Of a stretch of 64,000 nucleotides of DNA, positions 6,596 through 15,825 are shown in pieces. Source of the stretch: a virus; IMG/VR virus record IMGVR_UViG_3300030107_001040, positions 1 to 64,000 of that record. One strand, given 5' to 3'. Made by a program: the position numbers and the translations under genes. Every line of letters starts with the position of its first letter. The first letter of the stretch is position 1. Under the pieces are notes generated by a model. It was not told the origin of the DNA and did no database searches. It was given only the letters and a program-made list of their open reading frames with translations.

Positions 6596-6979
6596 ATGTC
6601 AATCAAATCAACAATCGCAGCACTAGCTGCATCACCTTTCCTGTTCGCTGGAGCCGCTTTTGCTGGTCCTTATGTGAACGTAGAGGCTAACGCATCATAT
6701 CCTGATGGGGATTATACCTCAGCAACTACAGACGTTCATATTGGCGTTGACGGTGGTTCAGGTCAGACTTCTTGGTACGTTCAGGGCGGTCCTGCTTTCG
6801 TTCATACTGAGTCTGCTGACGATACAGAGACAGAATTCTCTGGTAAGGCAGGTCTATCATATGCTGCTACAGAGACACTTGCTTTCTACGGCGAAGTTTC
6901 TGGTATCTCTAATGAGGACAGCAGTGGAGACGACATCATCGATTTCGGTGGTAAGATCGGAGCTACTTTCCGCTTCTAA
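6596..6979 (+). CDS. Small outer-membrane beta-barrel-like protein
   Basis: Signal peptide ending AFA, alternating beta-strand pattern, C-terminal Phe. Confidence 0.7.
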   Translation: MSIKSTIAALAASPFLFAGAAFAGPYVNVEANASYPDGDYTSATTDVHIGVDGGSGQTSWYVQGGPAFVHTESADDTETEFSGKAGLSYAATETLAFYGEVSGISNEDSSGDDIIDFGGKIGATFRF

Positions 6980-7002
6980 GGACGGAGTTGGATAACTAAA
7001 TA

Positions 7003-7028
7003 AAGGGTATCTTCGGATACCCTTTTTT
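7003..7028 (+). terminator. Intrinsic terminator
   Basis: AAGGGTATC-TTCG-GATACCCTT plus T-run. Confidence 0.9.
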
Positions 7029-7043
7029 ATTCTAAGAAAATAT

Positions 7044-7280
7044 ATGAACTTTACAGTTTACTCCAAGGACGGGTGTCCTTTTTGCGAACAGATCAAGCAG
7101 GTTTTTGACGGTAAGGGATTCAATTATGTAGAGTATAAATTAGGGCAGGACTTTGGTAAGGATGCATTCTATGGTCAGTTTGGAGATGGATCTACCTTCC
7201 CTCAAGTCGTGTTAAATGCTGAGAATCTTGGTGGATGTACTGAAACCGTGAAATACCTCAAAGAAAAGAATTTAATTTGA
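7044..7280 (+). CDS. nrdC: Glutaredoxin
   Basis: CPFC, TFPQV and GG motifs. Confidence 0.9.
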   Translation: MNFTVYSKDGCPFCEQIKQVFDGKGFNYVEYKLGQDFGKDAFYGQFGDGSTFPQVVLNAENLGGCTETVKYLKEKNLI

Positions 7281-7359
7281 GTAGACAAATTTTCCTAACA
7301 GTGGTATAATATGTGAGTCTAGAAACCCTCTAAATATTTTTAGCTAGGGAGTTAACCTT

Positions 7360-7590
7360 ATGGAAATCGCATTAGTTGTTTTGATGGTAATTGGTGCATT
7401 CCTTCTGGGAATTGTTATATCATGGTTAGCGAAGGGATATGTAGAAGACTACATTGAAAACGCTGCTTATGCTAAATCAGTTACTCACCCTGAGATGCTA
7501 GATGAAGATGGGAATATTATTCATGATGAACTTATCTACTTACGTAAGGAGACCCAGTTTGAACTTGATGATGACGATGATGAGGATTAA
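7360..7590 (+). CDS. Small membrane protein
   Basis: N-terminal TM helix, HPEM.D..G, acidic tail. Confidence 0.8.
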   Translation: MEIALVVLMVIGAFLLGIVISWLAKGYVEDYIENAAYAKSVTHPEMLDEDGNIIHDELIYLRKETQFELDDDDDED

Positions 7591-7592
7591 AC

Positions 7593-8060
7593 ATGCCAAC
7601 TAAATCACTTGAAAATAGTAACCCTCGGTTACTAATTACAGAGATCTTGCGTAAGGTCTCTAATGCTAAAACAAAAGCAGAGAAGGTAAAACTTCTGCAG
7701 AAAAATAACAGCACTGCACTACGTCAGTTATTGATTATTAACTTTGACGAATCGGTAGTGTCACTTATGCCTGAAGGAGAGGTTCCTTATACACCTAATG
7801 ATGCACCTGTAGGAACGGATCACACCCGTTTAGAGCAGGAGTATAGAGGTTTGTATAGGTTCTTTAAAGGTGGTGACGGTTCTCTTAAGACTATGAAGCG
7901 TGAACAAATGTTTGTTCAGTTGCTTGAAGGTCTTGCTGCTGAAGAGGCAGAACTATTAGTCTTAGTAAAGGACGGTAAACTAACCGAAAAGTATAAACGT
8001 ATTACCAAAGCCGTTATATCTGAAGCATTTCCTCAGATAGAATGGGGTGGGAGGTCTTAA
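7593..8060 (+). CDS. Conserved T4-like hypothetical protein
   Basis: PEGEVPY and KREQMFVQLLEGL motifs familiar from T4-like phages. Confidence 0.8.
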   Translation: MPTKSLENSNPRLLITEILRKVSNAKTKAEKVKLLQKNNSTALRQLLIINFDESVVSLMPEGEVPYTPNDAPVGTDHTRLEQEYRGLYRFFKGGDGSLKTMKREQMFVQLLEGLAAEEAELLVLVKDGKLTEKYKRITKAVISEAFPQIEWGGRS

Positions 8061-8343
8061 TCTCGTGCATGTATTCAAAGAAGATTGTACGAAAGAGGAG
8101 GCAATGAATCCAAAGCTTCCTTATACATGTTACCTTGTAACATATAAGGTTGATGGTAAAGAAAAATATGATCTGAGTATAGCTCAGAAAGAAGTTGAAC
8201 TCTTTGATTATTATTATGATCTCTATAAGAAAGACTTCGTTACGTTTAAACAAGCAGGAGGTAAAGTCAATCCTAAATTATGGAACAGTCAATCTATACC
8301 CAAAAAACCAAAACCAAAGAAAAAGAAGGAAGAATTAGAATGA
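8047..8343 (+). CDS. Hypothetical protein
   Basis: ORF track; start uncertain. Confidence 0.7.
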   Translation: MGGLNLVHVFKEDCTKEEAMNPKLPYTCYLVTYKVDGKEKYDLSIAQKEVELFDYYYDLYKKDFVTFKQAGGKVNPKLWNSQSIPKKPKPKKKKEELE

Positions 8344-8579
8344 CAACAACACCATCTGAAAAACAGAATAAGAATGGTCTAACAGATGATCAGCAAAAAG
8401 GTGTTGAAGCAGTAGGTGAACTACTATCATTCTTTATTAAACCATTACTTCTTAAATGGTTATGGAACTGGGTAATACCTGGTGTATTTGGACTTGCAAC
8501 CATTACATATTTGCAAGCACTTGCTCTTTATTTCATCGCTAAAATAATATTTGATCATGCAAAAGTTAAAGTTGATTAG
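8340..8579 (+). CDS. Hypothetical membrane protein
   Basis: ATGA-coupled start at 8340; WLWNWVIP.VFGL hydrophobic segment. Confidence 0.7.
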   Translation: MTTTPSEKQNKNGLTDDQQKGVEAVGELLSFFIKPLLLKWLWNWVIPGVFGLATITYLQALALYFIAKIIFDHAKVKVD

Positions 8580-9195
8580 TGTTACTCCTGATGCTGAACA
8601 AACTGTTGGATATGTAGCACGAGTAAGTAACCCTAATAACCAAGAGAACCCAAAGGTCTCTGGTCTTTTATCATATTGTATTAAACATGGTCATTGGAGT
8701 GTCTTTGAACAGGCACACATGACGGTGGAGATTGAGACCACACGTGGTCTTGCAGCACAGATCTTACGTCATAGATCATTTACATATCAAGAATTTTCAC
8801 AACGGTATGCTGATGTATCATATATCAGAGAAGATATACCATTGCCTGAACTTCGCAGACAAGATACGAAGAACAGACAGAACAGTATTGATGATATAGA
8901 TCCAGTAACACAACAGAATTTTGAGATTGAGATGCGAAAGCATTTTGATCAAGCTATAGATCTGTATAAGAAGATGCTTCATGCAGGTATTGCTAAGGAG
9001 TGTGCTAGATTTGTTCTGCCTCTAGCAACTCCAACTAGACTCTACATGACAGGATCTATAAGATCTTGGATACATTATATTGATCTACGTTCAGCACATG
9101 GTACTCAGAAAGAGCACATGGAAATTGCTGAAGGAGTGAGAGCAATCTTTGCAGAACAATTCCCAATTATATCAGAGGCACTAGGATGGCTGTAG
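8557..9195 (+). CDS. thyX: Flavin-dependent thymidylate synthase
   Basis: HWSVFE, QILRHRSF.YQEFSQRY, ARFVLP. Confidence 0.96.
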   Translation: MQKLKLISVTPDAEQTVGYVARVSNPNNQENPKVSGLLSYCIKHGHWSVFEQAHMTVEIETTRGLAAQILRHRSFTYQEFSQRYADVSYIREDIPLPELRRQDTKNRQNSIDDIDPVTQQNFEIEMRKHFDQAIDLYKKMLHAGIAKECARFVLPLATPTRLYMTGSIRSWIHYIDLRSAHGTQKEHMEIAEGVRAIFAEQFPIISEALGWL

Positions 9196-9869
9196 CATTT
9201 TCACAACAGATAAAGGAGGGGACTAAGAAGTCTCATAACGCAGCAGAGAATACTAAGTTTGTAGGTAGTTTCCTTAAGGGTGTATTAGATCCTGAAGAGT
9301 ATCGTAAGTTACTTACTAACTTCTGGTATGTTTATGACACTATGGAGCAGAGGATACAGGAAACTAATGATCCTCTAGTGAATGCAATAAAGAAATGGAA
9401 TGTAGATCTGTTTCGTACAATGGCTCTACAAGAGGATCTTAGATATTACTATGGTCCTATGTGGAGAGAGAAACAGATACCTTCAGAGGCATGTAATACA
9501 TATTGTTATAGAATTAATGAGGTAGCAGAGAAAGATCCGTATCTATTGATAGCACATCATTATACTAGATACATTGGTGATCTATCTGGTGGTCAGATAC
9601 TTAAAGGTATTGCTCAGAAAGCATTACAACCACCTGTAGGTGAAGGATTACATTTCTATGACTTCCCTAGGATTGAAGATGCTAAAGAATGGAAGACAAA
9701 TTATAGAGCAACTCTTGATACGTTAGCCTTATCAGAGCAAGCAATTAATGCATTGATCACTGAAGCAAATTATGCTTTCCGTCTTAACATGTATATGTTT
9801 GACGAGATCCAAGGTAGTGCTAGTAAGTCCTTGGGAAAAATTCTATGGAACACTATCAGAGGTAAGTAA
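9186..9869 (+). CDS. ho1: Heme oxygenase
   Basis: EGTKKSH..AEN proximal His; AHHYTRYIGDLSGGQIL. Confidence 0.95.
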   Translation: MAVAFSQQIKEGTKKSHNAAENTKFVGSFLKGVLDPEEYRKLLTNFWYVYDTMEQRIQETNDPLVNAIKKWNVDLFRTMALQEDLRYYYGPMWREKQIPSEACNTYCYRINEVAEKDPYLLIAHHYTRYIGDLSGGQILKGIAQKALQPPVGEGLHFYDFPRIEDAKEWKTNYRATLDTLALSEQAINALITEANYAFRLNMYMFDEIQGSASKSLGKILWNTIRGK

Positions 9870-10100
9870 ATGCCGACATATCCCGTAATAAATAAGAGCA
9901 CAGGAGAGAAACAGGAACTCTCCATGTCCATGAAATCTTATGATCAATGGAGGAAGGACAATCCCGACTGGGATAAAGACTGGTCTGCTGGTGTCGGTGG
10001 ACATACTTATGGTAATCCTAAGCAGTCTGATGGCTTTAAAGAAGTCATGTCTAAAGTTCAACAAGAACATCCCCTAGCTAACCTGAGTCGTTTCACCTAA
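9870..10100 (+). CDS. Conserved small protein preceding phoH
   Basis: MPTY N-terminus, GFKEVMSKV. Confidence 0.8.
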   Translation: MPTYPVINKSTGEKQELSMSMKSYDQWRKDNPDWDKDWSAGVGGHTYGNPKQSDGFKEVMSKVQQEHPLANLSRFT

Positions 10101-10104
10101 TTTT

Positions 10105-10869
10105 ATGCCAAGAGCAAGAAAGAAAACCAATGGTAATGGATCATCTACCAACGGAATGACCCCTAAACAAATGAAAAGGAAGAAACCGATTGATAAGTCA
10201 TACATGACTAATATCACTCCACTTACAGATAATCAGACGACTGCCTTTGAAGCTTATAAGGAAGGTAAGAATCTTTTATTGCATGGTGCTGCTGGAACAG
10301 GTAAAACTTTCATCACTTTATATCTTGCTCTACAAGAGGTGCTTGACGTTACTACACCTTATGATAAAATTATTATTGTAAGGTCTCTAGTACCTACTAG
10401 AGAGATTGGTTTCCTACCAGGTGACCATGAGGATAAGTCCTACCTTTATCAGATACCATACAAGAACATGGTTAGATACATGTTCAGTATGCCTGATGAC
10501 AATTCATTCCAAATGCTTTATGACAACCTACGAGCGCAGGAGACTATTGACTTCTGGTCTACATCTTTTATTCGGGGTGTTACCCTTGATAGTGCTATTG
10601 TTATTGTAGATGAGTTCAGTAACTTGAACTTCCATGAACTTGATTCAATGATCACTCGCATAGGTGAGGACTCTAAGATCATGTTCTGTGGTGACATTAC
10701 TCAGACTGATCTTACACGTGAGAAAGAAACATCTGGTATCTCAGATTTCATTAAGATAGTTGAGAACATGAAAGATGTTTTCACGTGTGTTGAGTTTGAT
10801 ATTAATGATATTGTTCGCTCTGGTCTTGTAAGATCTTATCTCATATCAAAATATAATCTTGGTTTCTAA
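10105..10869 (+). CDS. phoH: PhoH-family ATPase
   Basis: GAAGTGKT, IGFLPG, RGVTL, IVDE, CGDITQTD, DIVRS. Confidence 0.96.
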   Translation: MPRARKKTNGNGSSTNGMTPKQMKRKKPIDKSYMTNITPLTDNQTTAFEAYKEGKNLLLHGAAGTGKTFITLYLALQEVLDVTTPYDKIIIVRSLVPTREIGFLPGDHEDKSYLYQIPYKNMVRYMFSMPDDNSFQMLYDNLRAQETIDFWSTSFIRGVTLDSAIVIVDEFSNLNFHELDSMITRIGEDSKIMFCGDITQTDLTREKETSGISDFIKIVENMKDVFTCVEFDINDIVRSGLVRSYLISKYNLGF

Positions 10870-11550
10870 ATGACTTTTACTTTTGTTGATGTTGACCTCA
10901 AAGTTCCAGAGGTTGAACCTGTGAATAGAGATGGAGTTAGGTTCTACCCTATTCCTGGTGCTGATAAATATTATCCAAGCGTTACCTCAATCACATCGTT
11001 TAAGAACGCAGCTTTCTTCGCAGGTTGGAGAAAGAGAATAGGTGAAGAAGAGGCGAATCGTATCACTGCTAGAGCTACACAAAGAGGAACAGCGTTCCAT
11101 AATATCACTGAAGATTATATTAATGATGAATTAAATCTCAACAAATACTTGGCAAACAATCCATTATCTGTTAGAATGTTTCAAGCATCTAAGGATACTC
11201 TTAATCGGATTGATAAGATACATTGTTTAGAAACTTTTCTATACTCTCATTATCTTGGTCTTGCTGGTAGAGTTGACTGTATTGCCGAGTTTGATGGTGA
11301 GTTAGCAGTTATCGATTTCAAAACTTCTACTAAAGAAAAACAAGAGAACTATATTGAACATTACTTTGTTCAAGAAACTGCATACGCAGCAATGTTCCTT
11401 GAGCGTTCAGGCATTGAGGTCAAGAAAATTGTCACACTTATCACAACCGAGGAAGGATCTGTTCAAGTATTTGAGAAGTACAATCTTGATGACTATTTAC
11501 AATTACTCAAGTCCTACATTGAAGAATTTGTTAGGGGAAAAAATGCCTAA
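10870..11550 (+). CDS. PD-(D/E)XK exonuclease (Cas4/RecB-like fold)
   Basis: YPSVTSI, RGTAFH, AGRVD, IDFKTS, Q..AY. Confidence 0.88.
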   Translation: MTFTFVDVDLKVPEVEPVNRDGVRFYPIPGADKYYPSVTSITSFKNAAFFAGWRKRIGEEEANRITARATQRGTAFHNITEDYINDELNLNKYLANNPLSVRMFQASKDTLNRIDKIHCLETFLYSHYLGLAGRVDCIAEFDGELAVIDFKTSTKEKQENYIEHYFVQETAYAAMFLERSGIEVKKIVTLITTEEGSVQVFEKYNLDDYLQLLKSYIEEFVRGKNA

Positions 11551-11800
11551 AGAGAAACAACAAACTGAGGATAATTTCCTGACACCAACAAAATTCTCTC
11601 AAGAGATAGAAAGACTGGTGAAAAAAAGTGATGGGTTAATAACCTACATTGAAGCGATAGTAACCTATTGCCAAGAGAATGAAATTGAATTGGAAACAGT
11701 TCCTAAGTTAGTTTCTAAACCATTAAAGGAACGGTTGCGACATGAGGCACAACGTCTAAATTATATGAAGCAATCATCTAAAGGAGTATTACCTTTATGA
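11543..11800 (+). CDS. gp33: Late transcription co-activator gp33
   Basis: FSQEIE, YIEAIV.YC, LKERLRHEA..LN; start at 11543. Confidence 0.85.
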   Translation: MPKEKQQTEDNFLTPTKFSQEIERLVKKSDGLITYIEAIVTYCQENEIELETVPKLVSKPLKERLRHEAQRLNYMKQSSKGVLPL

Positions 11801-12120
11801 ATTTTTTTAATTCACCACAGGTACAAGAAAATTTACAGGACATCTTTCACACTTATCAACAGGTAGCATCCATGACTAGCAAGATGGCTAGCATGGGTAG
11901 AGAGGCTAAATTAGAACACATTGATGAGTGTAAAGAACTTATAGACAAACAAAAAACATTTTATACTAGGTTGTGTCTTGCTGCTATGGAAGGAGATGAA
12001 GGAGCAGCAGACATGAAGACAAGAATTAATGCCATGTCACAAGCATTTGGATTTAACGATCTTGCAGAGTGCATGGATGCTATGGTAGATACATTAAATA
12101 AAGCTGCTGCAAATACATAA
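11797..12120 (+). CDS. Conserved cyanobacterial/cyanophage protein (DUF1825-like)
   Basis: FF.S..VQ..L..IF..YQ, KQK.FY.RL pattern. Confidence 0.7.
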   Translation: MNFFNSPQVQENLQDIFHTYQQVASMTSKMASMGREAKLEHIDECKELIDKQKTFYTRLCLAAMEGDEGAADMKTRINAMSQAFGFNDLAECMDAMVDTLNKAAANT

Positions 12121-12677
12121 TGGATTTTATTAGGTCGTATGAGAATGCTCTAAGCGAAGAGACATTAACCAATTTAATAATGTTAGCGACCAATCAGATA
12201 ACTTGGAAGTCAAACCGTCATCCTAATCGCTCAGATAAACAGTTAGCGATTGAACCATTTTGGCCTGACTTAGCAGGAGATATTAATAATAGATTACTTA
12301 ATTTTTTTGATGCGTATGTTACAGACTTCCCTTACTTGAAGCAACAAGGTGAAGACTGGATGAGTGGACAGTTTATATTACAGAAGACAGAACCTATGGA
12401 AGGGTACCATGTCTTTCATGCAGAGAATAGTAATTACAATAATGCAGTAAGGATGTTAGCGTGGATGATATATCTTAATGATGTTGAAGAGGGTGGTGAG
12501 ACTGAGTTCCTCTATCAAAAGAGGAGGGTTAAACCAACCAGAAACACCTGCTTAATTTGGCCAGGTTGTTTCACCCATTTGCATCGGGGTCTTCCCCCGA
12601 TCAGTGGTAGCAAGTTCATTCTTACTGGATGGTTTGCACCTTTGTCAGGGTCTAGTCACTTTAGATTCGGGTCTTGA
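12120..12677 (+). CDS. 2OG-Fe(II) oxygenase
   Basis: HxE, IYLNDVEEGGETEF, H.HRG, K.I.TGW. Confidence 0.9.
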   Translation: MDFIRSYENALSEETLTNLIMLATNQITWKSNRHPNRSDKQLAIEPFWPDLAGDINNRLLNFFDAYVTDFPYLKQQGEDWMSGQFILQKTEPMEGYHVFHAENSNYNNAVRMLAWMIYLNDVEEGGETEFLYQKRRVKPTRNTCLIWPGCFTHLHRGLPPISGSKFILTGWFAPLSGSSHFRFGS

Positions 12678-12743
12678 CTTAGCCTAAATAGTATGCTACG
12701 ATTACCTAGTAGCATTAATACACACAATACGGAGAATACAATT

Positions 12744-13652
12744 ATGTCTTTTGCAACACTTAAGAAAGCGTCTGCCGCTGGCAATACGCTTGCTAAACTC
12801 ACGCAGGAGATTGAGAAGTTAAATCAACCCCAATCTGGTGGCGGCAACGATGAACGCCTATGGAAACCAGAGTTAGATAAAGCAGGTAACGGTTACGCTG
12901 TAATTCGTTTCCTTCCCGCACCAGATGGTGAGGATATGCCTTGGGCTAAAGTATGGTCACATGCTTTCAAGGGACCTGGAGGTCAGTGGTACATTGAGAA
13001 CAGTCTTACTACACTTGGTAAGGATGATCCCGTTGGAGAACTGAACAGAGAACTTTGGAACAGTGGACGTGAAGCAGATAAATCAACTGCTAGAACCCAG
13101 AAGCGTAAGCTTTCATACTACAGCAACATATATGTTGTAAGTGATCCAGCACACCCAGAGAACGAAGGTCAAGTCTTCCTATACAAATATGGTAAGAAGA
13201 TCTTTGATAAACTTGTTGAAGCAATGCAACCTGCATTTGCTGACGAGACTCCACTAGATCCATTTAATCTATGGAAGGGTGCTGACTTTAAAGTTAAGAT
13301 CAGGAAGGTTGATGGATACTGGAATTATGATAAGAGTGAATTTGCTGCACCAGGAACCCTTGGCAGCCTAGATGATGATCAGTTAGAAGAAATCTGGAAG
13401 AAAGCATACTCTCTAGCAGAGTTTGAAGACCCTAAGAACTTCAAGTCTTATGAACAACTACAAGCAAGGTTAAACCTTGTTCTTGGTACTCGTCCTGCTC
13501 CTGTAGCAGTTGATGAGTCGGAGGAAGAAGTTACTCCACAAAACTGGGGTAAAGAAGTCTCTGAGTTTAGAGAGAAAGCAGTTGCTTCCTCTCCTGTTGA
13601 GGATAAGGGAGATACCCTTTCTTATTTTCAATCTTTAGCAGAGGAGGACTGA
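12744..13652 (+). CDS. gp32: Single-stranded DNA-binding protein gp32
   Basis: GNGYAVIRFLP, WYIENSLTT, YGKKIFDK, NYDKSEF; start MSFATLKK. Confidence 0.96.
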   Translation: MSFATLKKASAAGNTLAKLTQEIEKLNQPQSGGGNDERLWKPELDKAGNGYAVIRFLPAPDGEDMPWAKVWSHAFKGPGGQWYIENSLTTLGKDDPVGELNRELWNSGREADKSTARTQKRKLSYYSNIYVVSDPAHPENEGQVFLYKYGKKIFDKLVEAMQPAFADETPLDPFNLWKGADFKVKIRKVDGYWNYDKSEFAAPGTLGSLDDDQLEEIWKKAYSLAEFEDPKNFKSYEQLQARLNLVLGTRPAPVAVDESEEEVTPQNWGKEVSEFREKAVASSPVEDKGDTLSYFQSLAEED

Positions 13653-13702
13653 TAAATAACTGGCACAAAGGGGGTTTAATTTAACCCCCTTTCTGCTATA
13701 AT
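13646..13702 (+). promoter_or_regulatory. Early-type promoter motif with embedded hairpin
   Basis: GGACT-N10-TGGCAC, hairpin AAAGGGGGTT/AACCCCCTTT, TATAAT 30 nt after the motif. Confidence 0.65.
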
Positions 13703-13724
13703 AAAGATATACAAAAGGAAAATT

Positions 13725-14144
13725 ATGAAACTAGCTCTCGCAGCATTGTTTGCTTTGACTCCTGTATCAGCAATGGCAGGGGAATACCAACCAGGATACT
13801 CTGAAGAGAGGACTTGTTTTAGAACAGAGTATCGTGAAGAGTATGTGCCTGGTACTGAAGATTCACCAGGATATGTGAAGTCATGGAAGGATACCATTGA
13901 GGTTCCTTGTCAAGACCACCCCAACGTTGGTTGGAGAAACAATCCACGTCCACATACTTATAGAAGACATGTAACAGTGTATGAGGATGTAGATACAAAT
14001 GATTGTTCAGATGGAACCGTTGCTGGAGCACTCCTTGGTGGAGGACTAGCAGGATTTGGTTCAAGAGGAAAGGATAGATGGTGGGCAATCCCTGCTGGTA
14101 TCATAGGTGGTGCTACGCTAGGATGTGCTGTAGACGGAGGATGA
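13725..14144 (+). CDS. Secreted/membrane protein with glycine zipper
   Basis: Signal peptide; C-terminal GALLGGGL...GIIGGATLGC. Confidence 0.8.
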   Translation: MKLALAALFALTPVSAMAGEYQPGYSEERTCFRTEYREEYVPGTEDSPGYVKSWKDTIEVPCQDHPNVGWRNNPRPHTYRRHVTVYEDVDTNDCSDGTVAGALLGGGLAGFGSRGKDRWWAIPAGIIGGATLGCAVDGG

Positions 14145-14145
14145 T

Positions 14146-14460
14146 ATGACTGAAGAAACCATCCGCAAGTACACTTATACTAAAGCAGAAGTTGACAAGA
14201 TGATTGCGGATGCTTTAGCAGAAGCACGTGCAATTGATGAAGAGTCTATGCGTAAGCACAATAGGACTGCAACTATCATTAGTATGATATTGGGGTTCAC
14301 TTGTCTTGCATTGTTTGTGGATGGTTTGCTTAGGATACTTGGCATCATTCCACCATTTATGGACTTAGATGTCAATGTTATTGATGATATTGTAGAGAAG
14401 GTTGAGAGTGACATCATGCCACTCGTTCAACAGGGAGCAAAATATATACCACGGATATGA
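14146..14460 (+). CDS. Conserved membrane protein
   Basis: ISMILGF..LALFVDGLLRILGIIPPFM. Confidence 0.8.
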   Translation: MTEETIRKYTYTKAEVDKMIADALAEARAIDEESMRKHNRTATIISMILGFTCLALFVDGLLRILGIIPPFMDLDVNVIDDIVEKVESDIMPLVQQGAKYIPRI

Positions 14461-14558
14461 TTGACACTTCACCCAGTTCTATTAGACTTTTTGCTGTCAT
14501 AGTACTGGGTGTTGTGTGGTTTTACTTATTAAATCAACATTTGAGGAGTGACGAATGA
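14457..14558 (+). CDS. Micro membrane peptide (33 aa)
   Basis: MIDTSPSSIRLFAVIVLGVVWFYLLNQHLRSDE; ATGA overlaps at both ends. Confidence 0.6.
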   Translation: MIDTSPSSIRLFAVIVLGVVWFYLLNQHLRSDE

Positions 14559-14650
14559 CACATGCATCATCTACACCACTACTAGACTTAGCATTAATAG
14601 GTTTAGTAGTTGGTCTGTTTGTTATCCAACGTGAAAGGAGATTAAAGTGA
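14555..14650 (+). CDS. Micro membrane peptide (31 aa)
   Basis: MTHASSTPLLDLALIGLVVGLFVIQRERRLK; SD GAGGAG. Confidence 0.6.
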   Translation: MTHASSTPLLDLALIGLVVGLFVIQRERRLK

Positions 14651-14736
14651 ATTTAATTTATGTTGTAGGTGCCTTATGCACCATTGGTATAGCTACAGTT
14701 TCCTACATATTATGGAGGTATGATCCCCACGCATGA
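14647..14736 (+). CDS. Micro membrane peptide (29 aa)
   Basis: GTG start, SD AAGGAG; MNLIYVVGALCTIGIATVSYILWRYDPHA. Confidence 0.6.
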   Translation: MNLIYVVGALCTIGIATVSYILWRYDPHA

Positions 14737-15110
14737 ATATTCTATTGCCACTATTGTTTATGGCATTCATGGTAGCGATAGCAGGTGCTGCTTTTGCTCT
14801 GATGTTTAAGAATATTAGTGACATATCTAAGATGCGTATGGATCCTATCAGGAGACCAAGATTTAAGCATCCAGAACTACAAGAAGTAGAAGATGGAGAT
14901 GAATTATTAGTGGTGAAGTTTAAACCAGAAATTGAAGAGGCAGGAACAGTTGACCTACACTTCACCCCAGACGAAGAGTTTAATGATAAAGTAAAACGTT
15001 CAGATAATTATTTACAGCAGTCATTACAAAGTCGTATAGAAGAGATCAATGATCCATGGTACGAAGATGATGACGATGATGGAGATGTTCCAGCAGTAGT
15101 AAGAAGATGA
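14733..15110 (+). CDS. Membrane-anchored hypothetical protein
   Basis: N-terminal TM helix, HPEL..V..GDELLVV. Confidence 0.75.
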   Translation: MNILLPLLFMAFMVAIAGAAFALMFKNISDISKMRMDPIRRPRFKHPELQEVEDGDELLVVKFKPEIEEAGTVDLHFTPDEEFNDKVKRSDNYLQQSLQSRIEEINDPWYEDDDDDGDVPAVVRR

Positions 15111-15289
15111 TTACTAAAGTAGAATTGTTACACCATAGACTTCAGGCAGTCTTAAGAGAACATACATTCTCTGGTGAGAATGCCCTTGAATATCTTGGTG
15201 AAGATGAACGTGGTCACAAATATAATATTGGTGGCAACGAGGTTTATGTTGATCAGATTGAAGAATTTGAAGCAGGTGAAGATCAATGA
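15107..15289 (+). CDS. Hypothetical protein
   Basis: ATGA-coupled ORF. Confidence 0.7.
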   Translation: MITKVELLHHRLQAVLREHTFSGENALEYLGEDERGHKYNIGGNEVYVDQIEEFEAGEDQ

Positions 15290-15567
15290 TTTTTCTAATT
15301 TCAATTATGTCATTCGCAAACTTTGTATTCTATCCAATGGTGATAGGTGCAATCATTGCAGTGATTATAGAACAGATCTTCAGAGCTACAGGTGATGAAG
15401 ATAATCCTAAAGCAGTCAGAAATGTGTTAGTATCTATGGGTATCAGAAAATATCTGATCAGACAAGCATGGATATTTAATATCATATGGTTTGTCTGTTA
15501 TGCTATACTACTATTTGTAGTAAGACCAGGGCAACAAGCAATGCCCGATATGATTTGGCAAGGATGA
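15286..15567 (+). CDS. Hypothetical membrane protein
   Basis: Two hydrophobic segments; ATGA-coupled. Confidence 0.7.
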   Translation: MIFLISIMSFANFVFYPMVIGAIIAVIIEQIFRATGDEDNPKAVRNVLVSMGIRKYLIRQAWIFNIIWFVCYAILLFVVRPGQQAMPDMIWQG

Positions 15568-15818
15568 TGACTGAACAACTTGAACTAAATGATTTGAATG
15601 TCAACAACGTACTCAATGAGATCCGTCCTTACATTGAAGCAGATGGAGGTTACCTTGAGTATGTTGCGATAGATTACCTTGACAGTGGTCCAGTGGTAAT
15701 CATAAGAATGCTTGGTGCTTGTGCTGGATGTGCTATGAGTGCTGAGACATTAAAGCTAGGCATAGAACGTCTAGTCAAGGAGAAATTTCCTGAAGTAACA
15801 GGAGTTGTTAATTGCTAA
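15564..15818 (+). CDS. NifU/NfuA C-terminal-domain Fe-S scaffold protein
   Basis: IRPYIEADGG, GACAGC, TLKLGIE. Confidence 0.88.
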   Translation: MMTEQLELNDLNVNNVLNEIRPYIEADGGYLEYVAIDYLDSGPVVIIRMLGACAGCAMSAETLKLGIERLVKEKFPEVTGVVNC

Positions 15819-15825
15819 ACGAAAA

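Noticed and set aside
10870-11550. Cas4-like protein as evidence of CRISPR-Cas
   Set aside because: This exonuclease type is usual next to phoH in these phages; no repeat-spacer array or other cas gene was seen in the window
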